From the sequence record OZ387312.1: DNA of 32,000 bases; one strand, written 5' to 3'. This document shows positions 11,657 to 21,601 of the stretch, piece by piece. A program made the position numbers and the translations under genes. The notes beneath the pieces were generated by a model. The model was not told the DNA's origin and ran no database searches. It saw only the letters and a list, made by a program, of their open reading frames with translations. Each line of letters starts with the position of its first letter. The stretch's first letter is position 1.

Positions 11657-13750
11657 ATGGTACAATTTTCAAAAGAATTCGATTATATCAAAATTAAATT
11701 AGCCTCTCCACATCGTATCCTTCAATGGGCAAATCGTAAATTACCGAATGGTCAATTTATTGGAGAGGTTCAAAAATCTGAAACTATTAACTATCGAACT
11801 TTCAAACCTGAAATGGACGGGTTATTTTGTGAAAGAATTTTTGGTCCAAGTAAAAGTTTAGAATGTGCATGTGGAAAATATAAACGTGTTCGATATGAAG
11901 GTTTAATTTGTGAGCGGTGTGGTGTTGAATTAACCGAATCGCGTGTTCGAAGACATCGAATGGGTTATATAAACTTAATTTATCCGGTTACTCATGTTTG
12001 GTATATAAATAGTAGACCAAACTATATGGCAATATTATTAGAAGTTGAAGAATGTGAAAAACAATTAGATACAACCTATACATCACATTCAGAAGAATGT
12101 AAAAAATGTAGTGGATTAAAATTAACCACTTCAACGATTGTTGAATTATGGGATGAACGAATTAAACGTATAAAATTAGCTTCCTTAGCTTATTTTATTG
12201 CGGAAGATGAAATTTCATTTTATGGATTACATTGGGACCTTCAACAGTATCGAAGAAGTCGTGAATTAGGGTTTAGTGGATACCCTTTAAAACCTTATCC
12301 AAAGCCACAAAATCGTCGTTACAATACTCCAACATATTTATTGAGAGCAACGCCCAATTTTTTAATTGGTGCACCATTAATTAAACGCGAATTAGAAAAA
12401 CTAGATTTAAATTCGGAAATTTTCAGAACTCGATGTTTTATTTTGGTTTGTACCAAAGTTTTAAATAAGGAAAGCCCATTATATGATGAATCAAAATGGT
12501 TCAGAAAGTGGGAACAACAACGAATTTATAAAATCCGAGAACAAGCAATTAAACGAATTCGAATATTAGAAAATTTAGTTGGAACAGGGTCAAGTCCTTC
12601 GTGGATGATTTTAACAGTTTTACCTGTTATACCTCCAGCTTTACGACCAATGATTCAATTAGAAGGTGGTCGTTTTGCTACTTCAGACCTAAATGAATTA
12701 TATCGTCGGATAATTACAAGAAATAATAGATTATTACGATTATTAGAAATTGATGCCCCACAATTGATTATCCGAAACGAAAAACGAATGTTACAAGAAG
12801 CCGTCGATACATTAATTGATAACGGAAAGCGGGGTAAAATTGCGCTTAGTGCAAATAACAGGCCGTTAAAGTCATTATCGGATATTATTAAAGGCAAACA
12901 TGGTCGTTTTCGTCAGAACTTATTAGGAAAACGTGTCGATTATTCAGGTCGATCCGTTATTGTAGTGGGCCCAAGTTTAAAATTAAATCAATGTGGTTTG
13001 CCCTATGAAATGGCAATTGAATTATTCCAGCCATTTATTATTCGCGAATTGATTAATCAGGGACTTGCTAGTAATATGAAAATAGCAAAAAATTTAATTC
13101 AACAGAATGAACCCATTATTGATCCAGTTTTAGAAAAGGTTTTAACGAATCACCCGATCTTCTTAAACCGTGCTCCAACATTACATCGATTAGGTATTCA
13201 AGCTTTTGAACCAGTTCTTGTTCAAGGTCGAGCAATCAAATTACATCCTTTAGTTTGTTCTGCTTTTAATGCCGATTTTGATGGAGATCAAATGGCAGTT
13301 CATATTCCGTTATCTGTAGAAGCACAGGCAGAATGTTATATGTTAATGTTAGCACCATATAATTTTTTATCACCTGCAAATGGAGAGCCTATTATTATGC
13401 CCAGTCAAGATATGGTATTAGGTTGTTATTATTTGACAGTAAATAACATTAAAAGATTGTTAGGGTCAAATCATTATTTTTCAAATTTAGAAGACGTATT
13501 ATTAGCTTATAATCAAGATCAACTCGAAATTCATAGTTCAATTTGGCTTCGATATATGGGTAAAGACGAAAGTGAACCGTTAAATTTACTAAAGAAATAT
13601 GAGTTGAAAGATAAAACCATTATTGAATATTACGAAGATCGCCAAATTCGAAAAACAAATGAAGGCGACGTAATTGTTCAATATTTAAAAACTACAACAG
13701 GTCGTGTTATCTTAAATTATACAATTCAAAAGACATTAAACTTTTTATAA
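11657..13750 (+). CDS. rpoC1: RNA polymerase beta' subunit (N-terminal half, cyanobacterial split type)
   Basis: 697 aa with the N-terminal zinc finger (CERIFGP...CACGKY...CERCGV), the catalytic NADFDGD motif and [13 protein letters not shown]. Confidence 0.97.
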   Translation: MVQFSKEFDYIKIKLASPHRILQWANRKLPNGQFIGEVQKSETINYRTFKPEMDGLFCERIFGPSKSLECACGKYKRVRYEGLICERCGVELTESRVRRHRMGYINLIYPVTHVWYINSRPNYMAILLEVEECEKQLDTTYTSHSEECKKCSGLKLTTSTIVELWDERIKRIKLASLAYFIAEDEISFYGLHWDLQQYRRSRELGFSGYPLKPYPKPQNRRYNTPTYLLRATPNFLIGAPLIKRELEKLDLNSEIFRTRCFILVCTKVLNKESPLYDESKWFRKWEQQRIYKIREQAIKRIRILENLVGTGSSPSWMILTVLPVIPPALRPMIQLEGGRFATSDLNELYRRIITRNNRLLRLLEIDAPQLIIRNEKRMLQEAVDTLIDNGKRGKIALSANNRPLKSLSDIIKGKHGRFRQNLLGKRVDYSGRSVIVVGPSLKLNQCGLPYEMAIELFQPFIIRELINQGLASNMKIAKNLIQQNEPIIDPVLEKVLTNHPIFLNRAPTLHRLGIQAFEPVLVQGRAIKLHPLVCSAFNADFDGDQMAVHIPLSVEAQAECYMLMLAPYNFLSPANGEPIIMPSQDMVLGCYYLTVNNIKRLLGSNHYFSNLEDVLLAYNQDQLEIHSSIWLRYMGKDESEPLNLLKKYELKDKTIIEYYEDRQIRKTNEGDVIVQYLKTTTGRVILNYTIQKTLNFL

Positions 13751-13780
13751 AAAATTTAAGCTCAATAATTTATTAGTTTT

Positions 13781-16700
13781 ATGAAAGATTATACTTATCA
13801 AAATACTTTAATAAGTAAAAAACAACTACGACAACTATTAGCATGGAGTTTTACAAATTATGATTCCATGCAAGCATGTTCATTAGCTGATGAATTAAAA
13901 TATCTTGGGTTCAAATATGCTAGTCAAGCTGGAATATCAATTAGTATCGAAGATTTAAAAGTTCCGTTCATTAAAAATTTAATGATTGAGAAAGCAAACT
14001 TAGAAATTTTAAATTCAGAAAAAATCTATTTGAAAGGTAAATTAACTGATGTCGAAAGATTTCAAAAAATTATCGATACTTGGAATTTAACAAGTGAAGC
14101 TCTAAAAGAGCAAGTCATTTATTATTTTAAAAATTATGATCCGTTGAATTCCGTTTATATTATGGCTTTTTCAGGAGCCCGAGGAAATTTATCACAAGTT
14201 AGACAATTAGTTGGAATGCGAGGATTAATGTCAGATCCAAGTGGTGAAATTATGAAAATTCCAATTAAAAAAAATTTCCGCGAAGGATTAACAATTACAG
14301 ACTATTTAATGTCAGGGTATGGTGCACGAAAAGGAATTGTTGATACAGCTTTAAAAACAGCAAACTCAGGATATTTAACACGTCGATTAATTGATGTGTC
14401 ACAAGATATTTTAATACGTGAAAAAGATTGTTTAACAACTCATTCATTTTTTCTTTCACCAAGTACTCATGGGTTTGAAAATTGTAATCTCATTTATGAA
14501 AAAATTCTTGGTAGAATCTTAAATAAACCAATTATTGACCCAAAAACAAAAAATATTATTGCTAAAACGAATACTCAAATAACACCAAAATTAATTGAAG
14601 TATTTAAACAAAAAAAAATTACTGATTTTTATATTCGATCACCGTTAACGTGTAATTTATATCGAGCCGTTTGTCAAAAATGTTATGGATGGGATCTATC
14701 TAATGAAAATTTAGTTGATATTGGAGAAGCAGTTGGTATTTTAGCTGGTCAATCTATTGGAGAACCTGGTACTCAACTAACCATGCGAACATTTCATACA
14801 GGAGGTATTTTTACTTCAGGAGCTCGACAACAAATAATCAGTCCTATGAATGGGATTATAAAATTTTCAAAAACTTTAAAGACAGTTATATTACGTACAA
14901 ATCGAGGTGAAGATGTTCTAGTAACAAAAAATTCAGGATCACTAATTATTTTACCCGACAGTAAAAAAGAAAAATTGATACAAATGGAAGTATTACGGAA
15001 TACAATTTTATTTCCAAAAAATAATCAATATATTCAAAAAGAGACTGTTATTGGAGAATTAATTAACACAAACAAACAAATCAAAACAGAAATAAAGCCA
15101 ATATTAAGTTCAACATCCGGTGAAATTTTTATCCCACGGTTAAAGAATAAAGTTAACTTATTAAATAATAATAAATTAATTTGGATTTTATCAGGTCAAC
15201 TGTATAATAGCCCTTTGAATTCGTTTATAAATTTTTATCCTGATTATAAACTTAATAAAAATAGTTTTATTTTTCGAACTAAGTTAGTAAATCATTACCC
15301 TGGACAGATTAAATTTATAAATAAAAAAAAAGATTTATATCAAAGAATTCTTCAAGTTATTAATGATAAATATTCGTTAGACTCATCAAAAATTCAAAAG
15401 TTATCATCAACAATAAAAAATAAAAACTATATTTTAAATTTTAAAAATTTAAAATATCTTCTGACATTAAGAATAAAAAATGAGAAAACATATCTTCAAA
15501 TTTCCCGGAATAAGCAATTTGGAATTTTAATAACAAATTCTTTTCAAACATTAACCGGGGGGGCTTGTTATTATGATCGACGTAATTTATATAAGCCTAG
15601 TGAAATTAATAAACGAATTTCTTATTATAATAATTCCCAACAGTTTCATAAACACCCACAAACACAGTCACATCGAACGTTGATTTGGTTAGGAGAAGAA
15701 ACGCATAAAGTTAATTGTGAGCAAAATATATTACTAGTAGAACATGGAGACTTTATCTCAGAAAAATTTGAGATTATTCCTGGGCTATTTTCAAAAACTT
15801 CGGGTATTGTGTTTATAACAAAGAAAAGTAACCTTATCCAAACAATTACCATTAAATCTGGTTCAGTTTATGAAGGGAAAAAGTTTAAGGGAAGTTCGAA
15901 AAAAGTTTATTATCCAGGGGAAATTATTTTTTCAAATATAACAATCACAAAACCTTCGTTTTGTGAACATATTATTGGAAATAATATTGATCAATTATTA
16001 ATTCGACCGATCGAATTATACGAATTCCCTTACGCAAAATCAATAAATAAAATTTTTGGTAAGAATTCTGATCTAGAATCAATACTTAAACTTGAAAACA
16101 AATTAAACTATGTTTATAAATCAAACCAAACTATTAAAAGCACGCAGAATTTAAATTTAATTTTAAACACATTAAGATTGAAAAATATTCCTATCTCATT
16201 AAATGATGTAAGCATTGAGTTAAGGAATAATTCTTCTAATCTTTCGTTAAATTTTCGAATTCAAGAGAAACTTTCTTTAAATAATTATATTCCGCCAGAG
16301 TTAAAATATAAAAATATTAAGTCTTGTTTTTTAATTAAAAAAGATCAATTTGTTGATAGATATACAACGTTAGGATATTTAGAATCACTTACATCTAGTT
16401 CTTTAGAAATTGTAAAATTTAAAGTTAAACAACAAGAAAGTAAACAAATTCTATTAATTTCAAATAATGATTGTTTAACGATTAAAAAACAACAATTCCG
16501 AAACGATTCGAATAAAATTATTCAAAAAAATAAAGCTACAAATGATTTAATTTTAGATAGTACTAATATAAACGAAATCGGAAAAATTATAATCGAAAAC
16601 GATGACTTCTTTACAATTCAAAAAGGTCGACCATATTTCTTTCCAAATTGTAAAAATGAAGAAGGACTTAAAAAAACAAATTTACAATATAAATTAATAT

Positions 16701-18061
16701 CACCTGATCGAATTTCGAAATGTACAAAAGTTGAACGAGAAATATCATTGAATTATTATGATATGACAAAACTTTCAGTGAAACAACATCATAATTTAGA
16801 ACAATCTTTAGATACAAAAATTAATATTAAGGTTGAATTCTCAAAATTCTTCTTAAAAAAGAATGCTAAATTATATAGTTGTCTAATTCCTCGATTCTTT
16901 AAAAAGTTTACAATAAGTAATAAACTATCAAAATTAAAGTTTGACAAAATATTACGTCCAACTAAAACCGAAGATCCGTTTTTACGAAAAATGGACCGAA
17001 CGTTACTTTTCCAAAGTTCAGAAATCGTGCAAAATAATATTAAAGAAGGATCAGAATCAAATGCTCAACTAACTTTAGTGAAATTCTTAGAATATCCGTT
17101 TCCAAAGTCAACTAAATCGATTGGACTATATTCAATCACTGAAGATTATTTTGAACAAGATGTAAATAGTGTATTTTGTAAAAATGGTGAATTTATTGAA
17201 GAAAGCGAGACAATTGGCTTATTAAATTTTGAAAAAGAAATTACTGGAGATATTGTTCAAGGTTTACCACGAATTGAAGAAATCTTAGAAGCAAGAAAAA
17301 AGAATACAATCATTAAACGAATTCCTACAAATCAGAAAAAAGGTTTATTAGTACAAAAAACAACATTAGACCCTAATTTTGAATTTAGAAAGTTAGCAAC
17401 GCCAGTAAAAGAAAATGAAAAAATAAACCCTCATAAATTGTTAAAAGTTTATTTTAATTATTATGGTTTAAGAAAATTCTTTTTATGTGACCGGACCGAG
17501 TCGGTCAAGTCGAGTCGACTAATTAATAATTATGAAGGAAGTTATAAAAGCTTCAAAAAAGTTCAATCATTTATTTTAAACTCTGTTCAATCCGTTTATC
17601 AATCACAAGGAGTTACGATTAATGATAAACATTTAGAAGTTATTATTAAACAAATGACGACAAAAGTTTTAATTACTTATGAAGGAGAAACACCTCTTTT
17701 AAGACGTGAAGTAATTGATTTATACCATATACAATATATTAATGAAATTATTAGTAGTCAACAAAAACAATTGGCTTGTTATGTTCCATTGTTACTTGGA
17801 ATTACAAAAGCATCTTTAAATAACCCAAGCTTTATTTCGGCTGCAAGTTTCCAAGAAACAACTCGTGTTTTAACAACAGCTGCAATTGAAGGAAGGATTG
17901 ATTGGTTACGAGGATTAAAAGAAAATATTATTATCGGACACTTAATTCCTGCTGGAACAGGTTCACAAAACTATAGAAATTGTTTCCGGAAATCTTTGTT
18001 CCAAAGAAAAGAATTAAATTCTGAATTTGAAGAGTTACAAAATGTTAAATCAAACAACTAG
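13781..18061 (+). CDS. rpoC2: RNA polymerase beta'' subunit (C-terminal half of beta')
   Basis: 1426 aa containing SGARGN, GYLTRRLIDV, GEPGTQLTMRTFHTGG, GLPRIEEILEAR and the C-terminal IIGHLIPAGTG. Confidence 0.97.
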   Translation: MKDYTYQNTLISKKQLRQLLAWSFTNYDSMQACSLADELKYLGFKYASQAGISISIEDLKVPFIKNLMIEKANLEILNSEKIYLKGKLTDVERFQKIIDTWNLTSEALKEQVIYYFKNYDPLNSVYIMAFSGARGNLSQVRQLVGMRGLMSDPSGEIMKIPIKKNFREGLTITDYLMSGYGARKGIVDTALKTANSGYLTRRLIDVSQDILIREKDCLTTHSFFLSPSTHGFENCNLIYEKILGRILNKPIIDPKTKNIIAKTNTQITPKLIEVFKQKKITDFYIRSPLTCNLYRAVCQKCYGWDLSNENLVDIGEAVGILAGQSIGEPGTQLTMRTFHTGGIFTSGARQQIISPMNGIIKFSKTLKTVILRTNRGEDVLVTKNSGSLIILPDSKKEKLIQMEVLRNTILFPKNNQYIQKETVIGELINTNKQIKTEIKPILSSTSGEIFIPRLKNKVNLLNNNKLIWILSGQLYNSPLNSFINFYPDYKLNKNSFIFRTKLVNHYPGQIKFINKKKDLYQRILQVINDKYSLDSSKIQKLSSTIKNKNYILNFKNLKYLLTLRIKNEKTYLQISRNKQFGILITNSFQTLTGGACYYDRRNLYKPSEINKRISYYNNSQQFHKHPQTQSHRTLIWLGEETHKVNCEQNILLVEHGDFISEKFEIIPGLFSKTSGIVFITKKSNLIQTITIKSGSVYEGKKFKGSSKKVYYPGEIIFSNITITKPSFCEHIIGNNIDQLLIRPIELYEFPYAKSINKIFGKNSDLESILKLENKLNYVYKSNQTIKSTQNLNLILNTLRLKNIPISLNDVSIELRNNSSNLSLNFRIQEKLSLNNYIPPELKYKNIKSCFLIKKDQFVDRYTTLGYLESLTSSSLEIVKFKVKQQESKQILLISNNDCLTIKKQQFRNDSNKIIQKNKATNDLILDSTNINEIGKIIIENDDFFTIQKGRPYFFPNCKNEEGLKKTNLQYKLISPDRISKCTKVEREISLNYYDMTKLSVKQHHNLEQSLDTKINIKVEFSKFFLKKNAKLYSCLIPRFFKKFTISNKLSKLKFDKILRPTKTEDPFLRKMDRTLLFQSSEIVQNNIKEGSESNAQLTLVKFLEYPFPKSTKSIGLYSITEDYFEQDVNSVFCKNGEFIEESETIGLLNFEKEITGDIVQGLPRIEEILEARKKNTIIKRIPTNQKKGLLVQKTTLDPNFEFRKLATPVKENEKINPHKLLKVYFNYYGLRKFFLCDRTESVKSSRLINNYEGSYKSFKKVQSFILNSVQSVYQSQGVTINDKHLEVIIKQMTTKVLITYEGETPLLRREVIDLYHIQYINEIISSQQKQLACYVPLLLGITKASLNNPSFISAASFQETTRVLTTAAIEGRIDWLRGLKENIIIGHLIPAGTGSQNYRNCFRKSLFQRKELNSEFEELQNVKSNN

Positions 18062-18132
18062 ACAATGGTTTTAATGTTTGATAAAGTTTATTTTAGAAAG
18101 GTAAATAATAACTTAAGTAATTTAAAATTTTT

Positions 18133-18819
18133 ATGTCTGATATAAGTTTATCACAATTATTAGAAGCAGGTGTTCATTTTGGACATAAAGCATATCGCTG
18201 GAATCCTAAAATGTTTCCGTATATTTATAGTGAAGTAAATAACATTCATATTTTAGACTTAGTTCAATCAGCAAGTTTATTAAAAGAAGCTAATGGATAT
18301 TTAGAGTCTGCAGCAAGTCAAGGAAAAACATTTTTATTTATTGGAACAAAACGCCAAGCAAGTACATTAATTGCTCAAGAAGCAAAAAGGTGTGATTCAT
18401 ATTATGTAAACCATAGATGGTTAGGTGGTATGTTAACTAACTGGGTAACATTAAAAGATCGAATCAAAAGGTTAAAAGAGCTTGAACAGCAAGAAGCAAA
18501 TGAAACTTTTAATTTATTAAGTAAAAAAGAAGGTGCATTACGCCGTAAAGAGTTAGATAAATTACGCCGTCATTTAGATGGTATTAAAAATATGAATACC
18601 TTACCTGATGTAGCAATTATTGTTGATCAGAAACGTGAAATTACTGCGATTCGGGAATGTCGAAAATTAGGTATTCCTATTGTCTCTATTTTAGATACAA
18701 ATTGTGACCCAGATTTAATTGATATTCCAATTCCTGGAAATGACGACGCAGTTCGTTCGATTAAATTAATTTTGAAAAATTTAACTGATAGTATTTTAAC
18801 TGGAAAGGCTCAATCATAA
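18133..18819 (+). CDS. rps2: 30S ribosomal protein S2
   Basis: 228 aa containing [19 protein letters not shown] and WLGGMLTNW, both S2 signatures. Confidence 0.95.
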   Translation: MSDISLSQLLEAGVHFGHKAYRWNPKMFPYIYSEVNNIHILDLVQSASLLKEANGYLESAASQGKTFLFIGTKRQASTLIAQEAKRCDSYYVNHRWLGGMLTNWVTLKDRIKRLKELEQQEANETFNLLSKKEGALRRKELDKLRRHLDGIKNMNTLPDVAIIVDQKREITAIRECRKLGIPIVSILDTNCDPDLIDIPIPGNDDAVRSIKLILKNLTDSILTGKAQS

Positions 18820-18845
18820 TAACAAACATTAGTTTGTTATTATGA
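18814..18845 (+). terminator. Perfect 14-bp stem-loop that includes the rps2 stop codon
   Basis: tcataataacaaac (18814-18827) is the exact reverse complement of gtttgttattatga (18832-18845), with a 4-nt loop. The stop TAA is at 18817-18819. Confidence 0.55.
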
Positions 18846-19097
18846 TCAAAAAATCTTAAAAGAATTATTTAACTTGAACATTTACAAACCATTAAAATCA
18901 TTTTAACTTACCCTTAAAAAATTATTTAAACCACTAAATTAATATTTCCTTCTTCTAAACATTAGAATAAACAAATTAGAACACTATAAAATCTATATAA
19001 TTATTCATAATACCCTAACAAAATAGTAAGGTCGTTTATCTTTTAATTTAAACTAGACAATCTGCTAACGAGTAAATTTTTAATAAAAAATATTTCA

Positions 19098-19139
19098 AAC
19101 TAAAAGAGAAGAAAATAATTAATCTTTTCTCTTTTAGTT
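19098..19139 (-). terminator. 13-bp stem-loop downstream of petF
   Basis: aactaaaagagaa (19098-19110) is the exact reverse complement of ttctcttttagtt (19127-19139). It lies about 30 nt 3' of the petF stop on the minus strand. Confidence 0.5.
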
Positions 19140-19168
19140 TTTAATGGAATTACTTAGTCAATTATGAC

Positions 19169-19465
19169 TTAGTATAAGTTATCTTCTTCGTGTACTGAAA
19201 TTGTACAATCACTTTTAGGGAATGTAACACAAGTTAAAACAAAACCTTGTTCCATTTGCTCTGGATCTAAGAATGTTTGTTCACTTTGATCGATTTCACC
19301 TTCGGTAACTAAACCAGCACATGACGAACATGCACCTGCACGACAAGAATATGGTAAATCAATACCTGCACCTTCTGCAGCGTCTAATACGTACTCGTCT
19401 TCAGCACAATCCACTGATGCGTTAATATCGTGCTCTTCACTTATAAATGTTACTGAAAATGGCAT
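19169..19465 (-). CDS. petF: Plant-type [2Fe-2S] ferredoxin
   Basis: 98 aa containing [15 protein letters not shown]...LTC, the ferredoxin cluster ligands. AAGGAGA lies 6 nt upstream of the ATG (19472-19478). Confidence 0.95.
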   Translation of the reverse strand: MPFSVTFISEEHDINASVDCAEDEYVLDAAEGAGIDLPYSCRAGACSSCAGLVTEGEIDQSEQTFLDPEQMEQGFVLTCVTFPKSDCTISVHEEDNLY

Positions 19466-19586
19466 AACATATCTCCTTAATAAAAATAATTATAAAGCTA
19501 ATACTGAAAATTTTAATTAAAATCAATATATCACTTTACTATTTATCATTATACTACGAAAGTTCATACAAATGAAGTTTTTTTTT

Positions 19587-19613
19587 AATCTTTTAAAATT
19601 TATTTAAAAGATT
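19587..19613 (-). terminator. 11-bp stem-loop whose loop contains the rpl19 stop codon
   Basis: aatcttttaaa (19587-19597) is the exact reverse complement of tttaaaagatt (19603-19613). The stop is at 19600-19602. Confidence 0.35.
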
Positions 19614-19962
19614 GTTTTAAACGACTCGCTTTTCCTTTTAAATTTCGTAAATAATAAAGTTTTGAACGACGAATTTTTGATGAACGTAAAACAGTAATGG
19701 AATCAATTTTTGGTGAATGAATTAAGAAGATTCTTTCAACACCAATTCCTTGTAATACTTTACGAACAGTTATCGTAGTATTAATTGAACTATTCTTTCT
19801 CGCAATAATTGTACCTTCATAAAATTGAACACGCTCTTTGTCTCCTTCAATAATTTTAACACCTACTTTAACATTATCACCAATACGTAAAACAGGTAAA
19901 TCGGTTTTAAGAAAGCTTGTCTCTAAATCATTGATGGTTTTCTGTGTATTTAATTTAACCAT
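19600..19962 (-). CDS. rpl19: 50S ribosomal protein L19
   Basis: 120 aa containing GDNVKVGVKIIEGDKERVQFYEGTIIARKN...RRSKLYYLR, the L19 signature. Confidence 0.93.
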   Translation of the reverse strand: MVKLNTQKTINDLETSFLKTDLPVLRIGDNVKVGVKIIEGDKERVQFYEGTIIARKNSSINTTITVRKVLQGIGVERIFLIHSPKIDSITVLRSSKIRRSKLYYLRNLKGKASRLKQSFK

Positions 19963-20048
19963 GGATTCTAAATATTAAATATAATAATTTCTTATTTATA
20001 ATATTACAATTAGATGTTGAAAAAAACAACATTAAAAATAATCAAATC

Positions 20049-20133
20049 TGCATCCGACTGGGTTCGAACCAGTGACGTTCCATAGGAAAACGGATTATGA
20101 GTCCGGTGCCTTCAACCACTCGGCCACGAATGC
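20049..20133 (-). tRNA. trnI(CAU): 85-nt tRNA with a CAU anticodon and a long, class-II-like variable arm. Probably the lysidine-type tRNA-Ile(CAU), but a Met identity cannot be excluded.
   Basis: Minus strand: GCATTCG TG GCC GAGTGGTTGAA GGC A CCGGA CTCATAA TCCGT TTTCCTATGGAACGTC ACTGG TTCGAAC CCAGT CGGATGC A. The acceptor has 7 bp (one G.U) and the T-arm is perfect. The variable region is 16 nt with a TTCC/GGAA stem. The acceptor ends (GCAT...GGATGCA), the D-arm and the anticodon loop CTCATAA resemble land-plant plastid trnI-CAU as I recall it. Confidence 0.75.
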
Positions 20134-20138
20134 TAATA

Positions 20139-20470
20139 TGGAGCTGATGGGAATTGAACCCATGTCCATTTAAACGTTAATAAAATACTCATTCACAGGT
20201 TTAGTTCATAATTAATGAACGATTATATATTATTCTAAACTATTAAGGACAGAAACGTCCAGAGATTAGCGAACAAATTTATCTAATAGAATTTTTTTAG
20301 AAATTAAACAGCAAAGCTTACAGAATTTGAATAGTTTTGCGCAGTTCTAAAGTTAAAAGGAATTATATTATTAGCATTTATTGTTAATTTTGTAGATTTT
20401 TACGAAGAATACAAGCTTCGACCTGCCTCATACTTTACTAAATTTTAAATGTCGAAACCAACTCAGCCCC
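20139..20470 (-). ncRNA. ssrA: Plastid tmRNA (ssrA), about 332 nt
   Basis: On the minus strand the 5' GGGGCTG pairs with the 3' CAGCTCCA, including the G3.U alanine-identity pair and an encoded CCA. The T-arm is ATGGG TTCAATT CCCAT. An internal tag frame at 20375..20304 reads GCT AAT AAT ATA ATT CCT ... TTT GCT GTT TAA, giving (A)NNIIPFNFRTAQNYSNSVSFAV*. Confidence 0.9.
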
Positions 20471-20510
20471 AACAATGAATTTAATTTATTAAATAATTAA
20501 AATACATCAA

Positions 20511-20583
20511 TAAGCATGAAGGGAATCGAACCCTTGACTTTCAGAATCGGAATCTGATGCTCTATCCACTGAGCTACATGCTT
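20511..20583 (-). tRNA. trnR(CCG): tRNA-Arg(CCG)
   Basis: Minus strand: AAGCATG TA GCTC AGTGGATA GAGC A TCAGA TTCCGAT TCTGA AAGTC AAGGG TTCGATT CCCTT CATGCTT A. All stems are perfect. Confidence 0.9.
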
Positions 20584-20649
20584 TGTGAGTCTCTAGAAAT
20601 AGATTACTTTAAAATGTTAGGAAAAGATAATTTAATAAATTTTTAGTAA

Positions 20650-20682
20650 TAAAATATTCGTTATTAAATAACGAATATTTTA
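20650..20682 (-). terminator. 14-bp stem-loop immediately 3' of psbV
   Basis: taaaatattcgtta (20650-20663) is the exact reverse complement of taacgaatatttta (20669-20682). It lies 10 nt after the psbV stop on the minus strand. Confidence 0.55.
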
Positions 20683-20692
20683 AAATAGTTTT

Positions 20693-21184
20693 TTAGTAGT
20701 AAATTTTTCCGCCACCCCATTTTTCTGTAACAATCTTAGGTTGTAACATAATATGACCAGCAATAGAATATAAATCTTCATCTGTAAGAGAACGCATACG
20801 TGGGTAAATATCAGCACTCTTAATACTTGGATGAACTTCTGCAATTGATTCTAAACCATCATATGATGTTGGGTTTTTTAAATAATCAATTAATGCAGCA
20901 ATATTATCACGACGTGGTGTTGCTAAACTTAAACCTTCTGGATCTAAACCAACGTTTGGATTTGTTTTTGAAATCCCACCTACGTGACATGCACCACATG
21001 TAGCATTAAATAATCGTTTACCACGTTTAACTTGTTCTGGAGTTAAAACTACGGTTTTTCCAGAACCATCTGCTACAACTGTTCGAGTTGCTTCATCTAA
21101 ATCAATTGCTGATGCAGTCGTTACTAAAACGCTAAAAATACAAAATACAACTATACTACAAAATTTTGAATAATTTTTAAACAT
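20693..21184 (-). CDS. psbV: Cytochrome c-550 (PsbV), extrinsic subunit of photosystem II
   Basis: 163 aa with a signal peptide, the heme motif CGACH and the C-terminal GGGKIYY typical of PsbV. Confidence 0.93.
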   Translation of the reverse strand: MFKNYSKFCSIVVFCIFSVLVTTASAIDLDEATRTVVADGSGKTVVLTPEQVKRGKRLFNATCGACHVGGISKTNPNVGLDPEGLSLATPRRDNIAALIDYLKNPTSYDGLESIAEVHPSIKSADIYPRMRSLTDEDLYSIAGHIMLQPKIVTEKWGGGKIYY

Positions 21185-21237
21185 AATTTAAAAAAATTGT
21201 TTATGAACTTGAAACCAAGAAATGAAAAAAAGCTCAA

Positions 21238-21537
21238 TTAATTACCTTTTTTTTTTAATTTTGCCATACTTGCTAATAAACCACGTAATCTAATATTTTC
21301 CCATCCAGCAACTAAAACAGCTGTAATAATTAATACTTGACTGAATAATAAAATTGGATCTAATCTCCAACCATGAACCATTAATATACAACTATATAAT
21401 AATCCAATAGTTGCAAAGAAAATATCTTCATCTCTTGCAACTTCTGGTTTTACGATTCGAAGAAAATACAAAATTAATACTCCAAAACCTAAAATTAAAC
21501 CTAATAGAATATTAGGACCAAAACTAAAATTTATCAT
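21238..21537 (-). CDS. ycf66: Conserved plastid membrane protein Ycf66
   Basis: 99 aa containing FGPNILLGLILGFGVLILYFLR..P...RD.DIFF...GLL...GWRLDPILLF. This matches my recollection of red-lineage Ycf66. Confidence 0.75.
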   Translation of the reverse strand: MINFSFGPNILLGLILGFGVLILYFLRIVKPEVARDEDIFFATIGLLYSCILMVHGWRLDPILLFSQVLIITAVLVAGWENIRLRGLLASMAKLKKKGN

Positions 21538-21601
21538 AATTTAATGTAATTAAACGTTTTTAAGTATATGTTAACTATAAATTTGAAAAATTAATAAGTT
21601 A

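Noticed and set aside
15100-17240. Long K/N/I-rich, poorly conserved middle region of rpoC2, as a possible novel insertion
   Set aside because: Cyanobacterial and plastid beta'' subunits normally carry a very large lineage-specific insertion in the trigger loop. A total length of about 1400 aa is in the usual range. I therefore do not consider it anomalous, unlike the rpoB insert.
20049-20133. Reading the 85-nt tRNA as a conventional trnL(CAA), trnS or trnY because of its long variable arm
   Set aside because: With a 5-bp anticodon stem (one C.U mismatch at 27-43) and a 7-nt loop, the only consistent fold puts CAT, not CAA, TAA, TGA or GTA, at positions 34-36. I found no alternative register that pairs. 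The Leu-derived possibility is kept as an alternative in the findings.
20139-20470. A group I intron-containing tRNA (for example trnL-UAA with an intron) as the explanation for the roughly 330-nt gap between tRNA-like ends
   Set aside because: The two ends form a tRNA-Ala-like acceptor and T-arm with no anticodon arm. The interior holds a short tag ORF ending in FAV followed by a stop. That is the architecture of a tmRNA, not a split tRNA with an intron.
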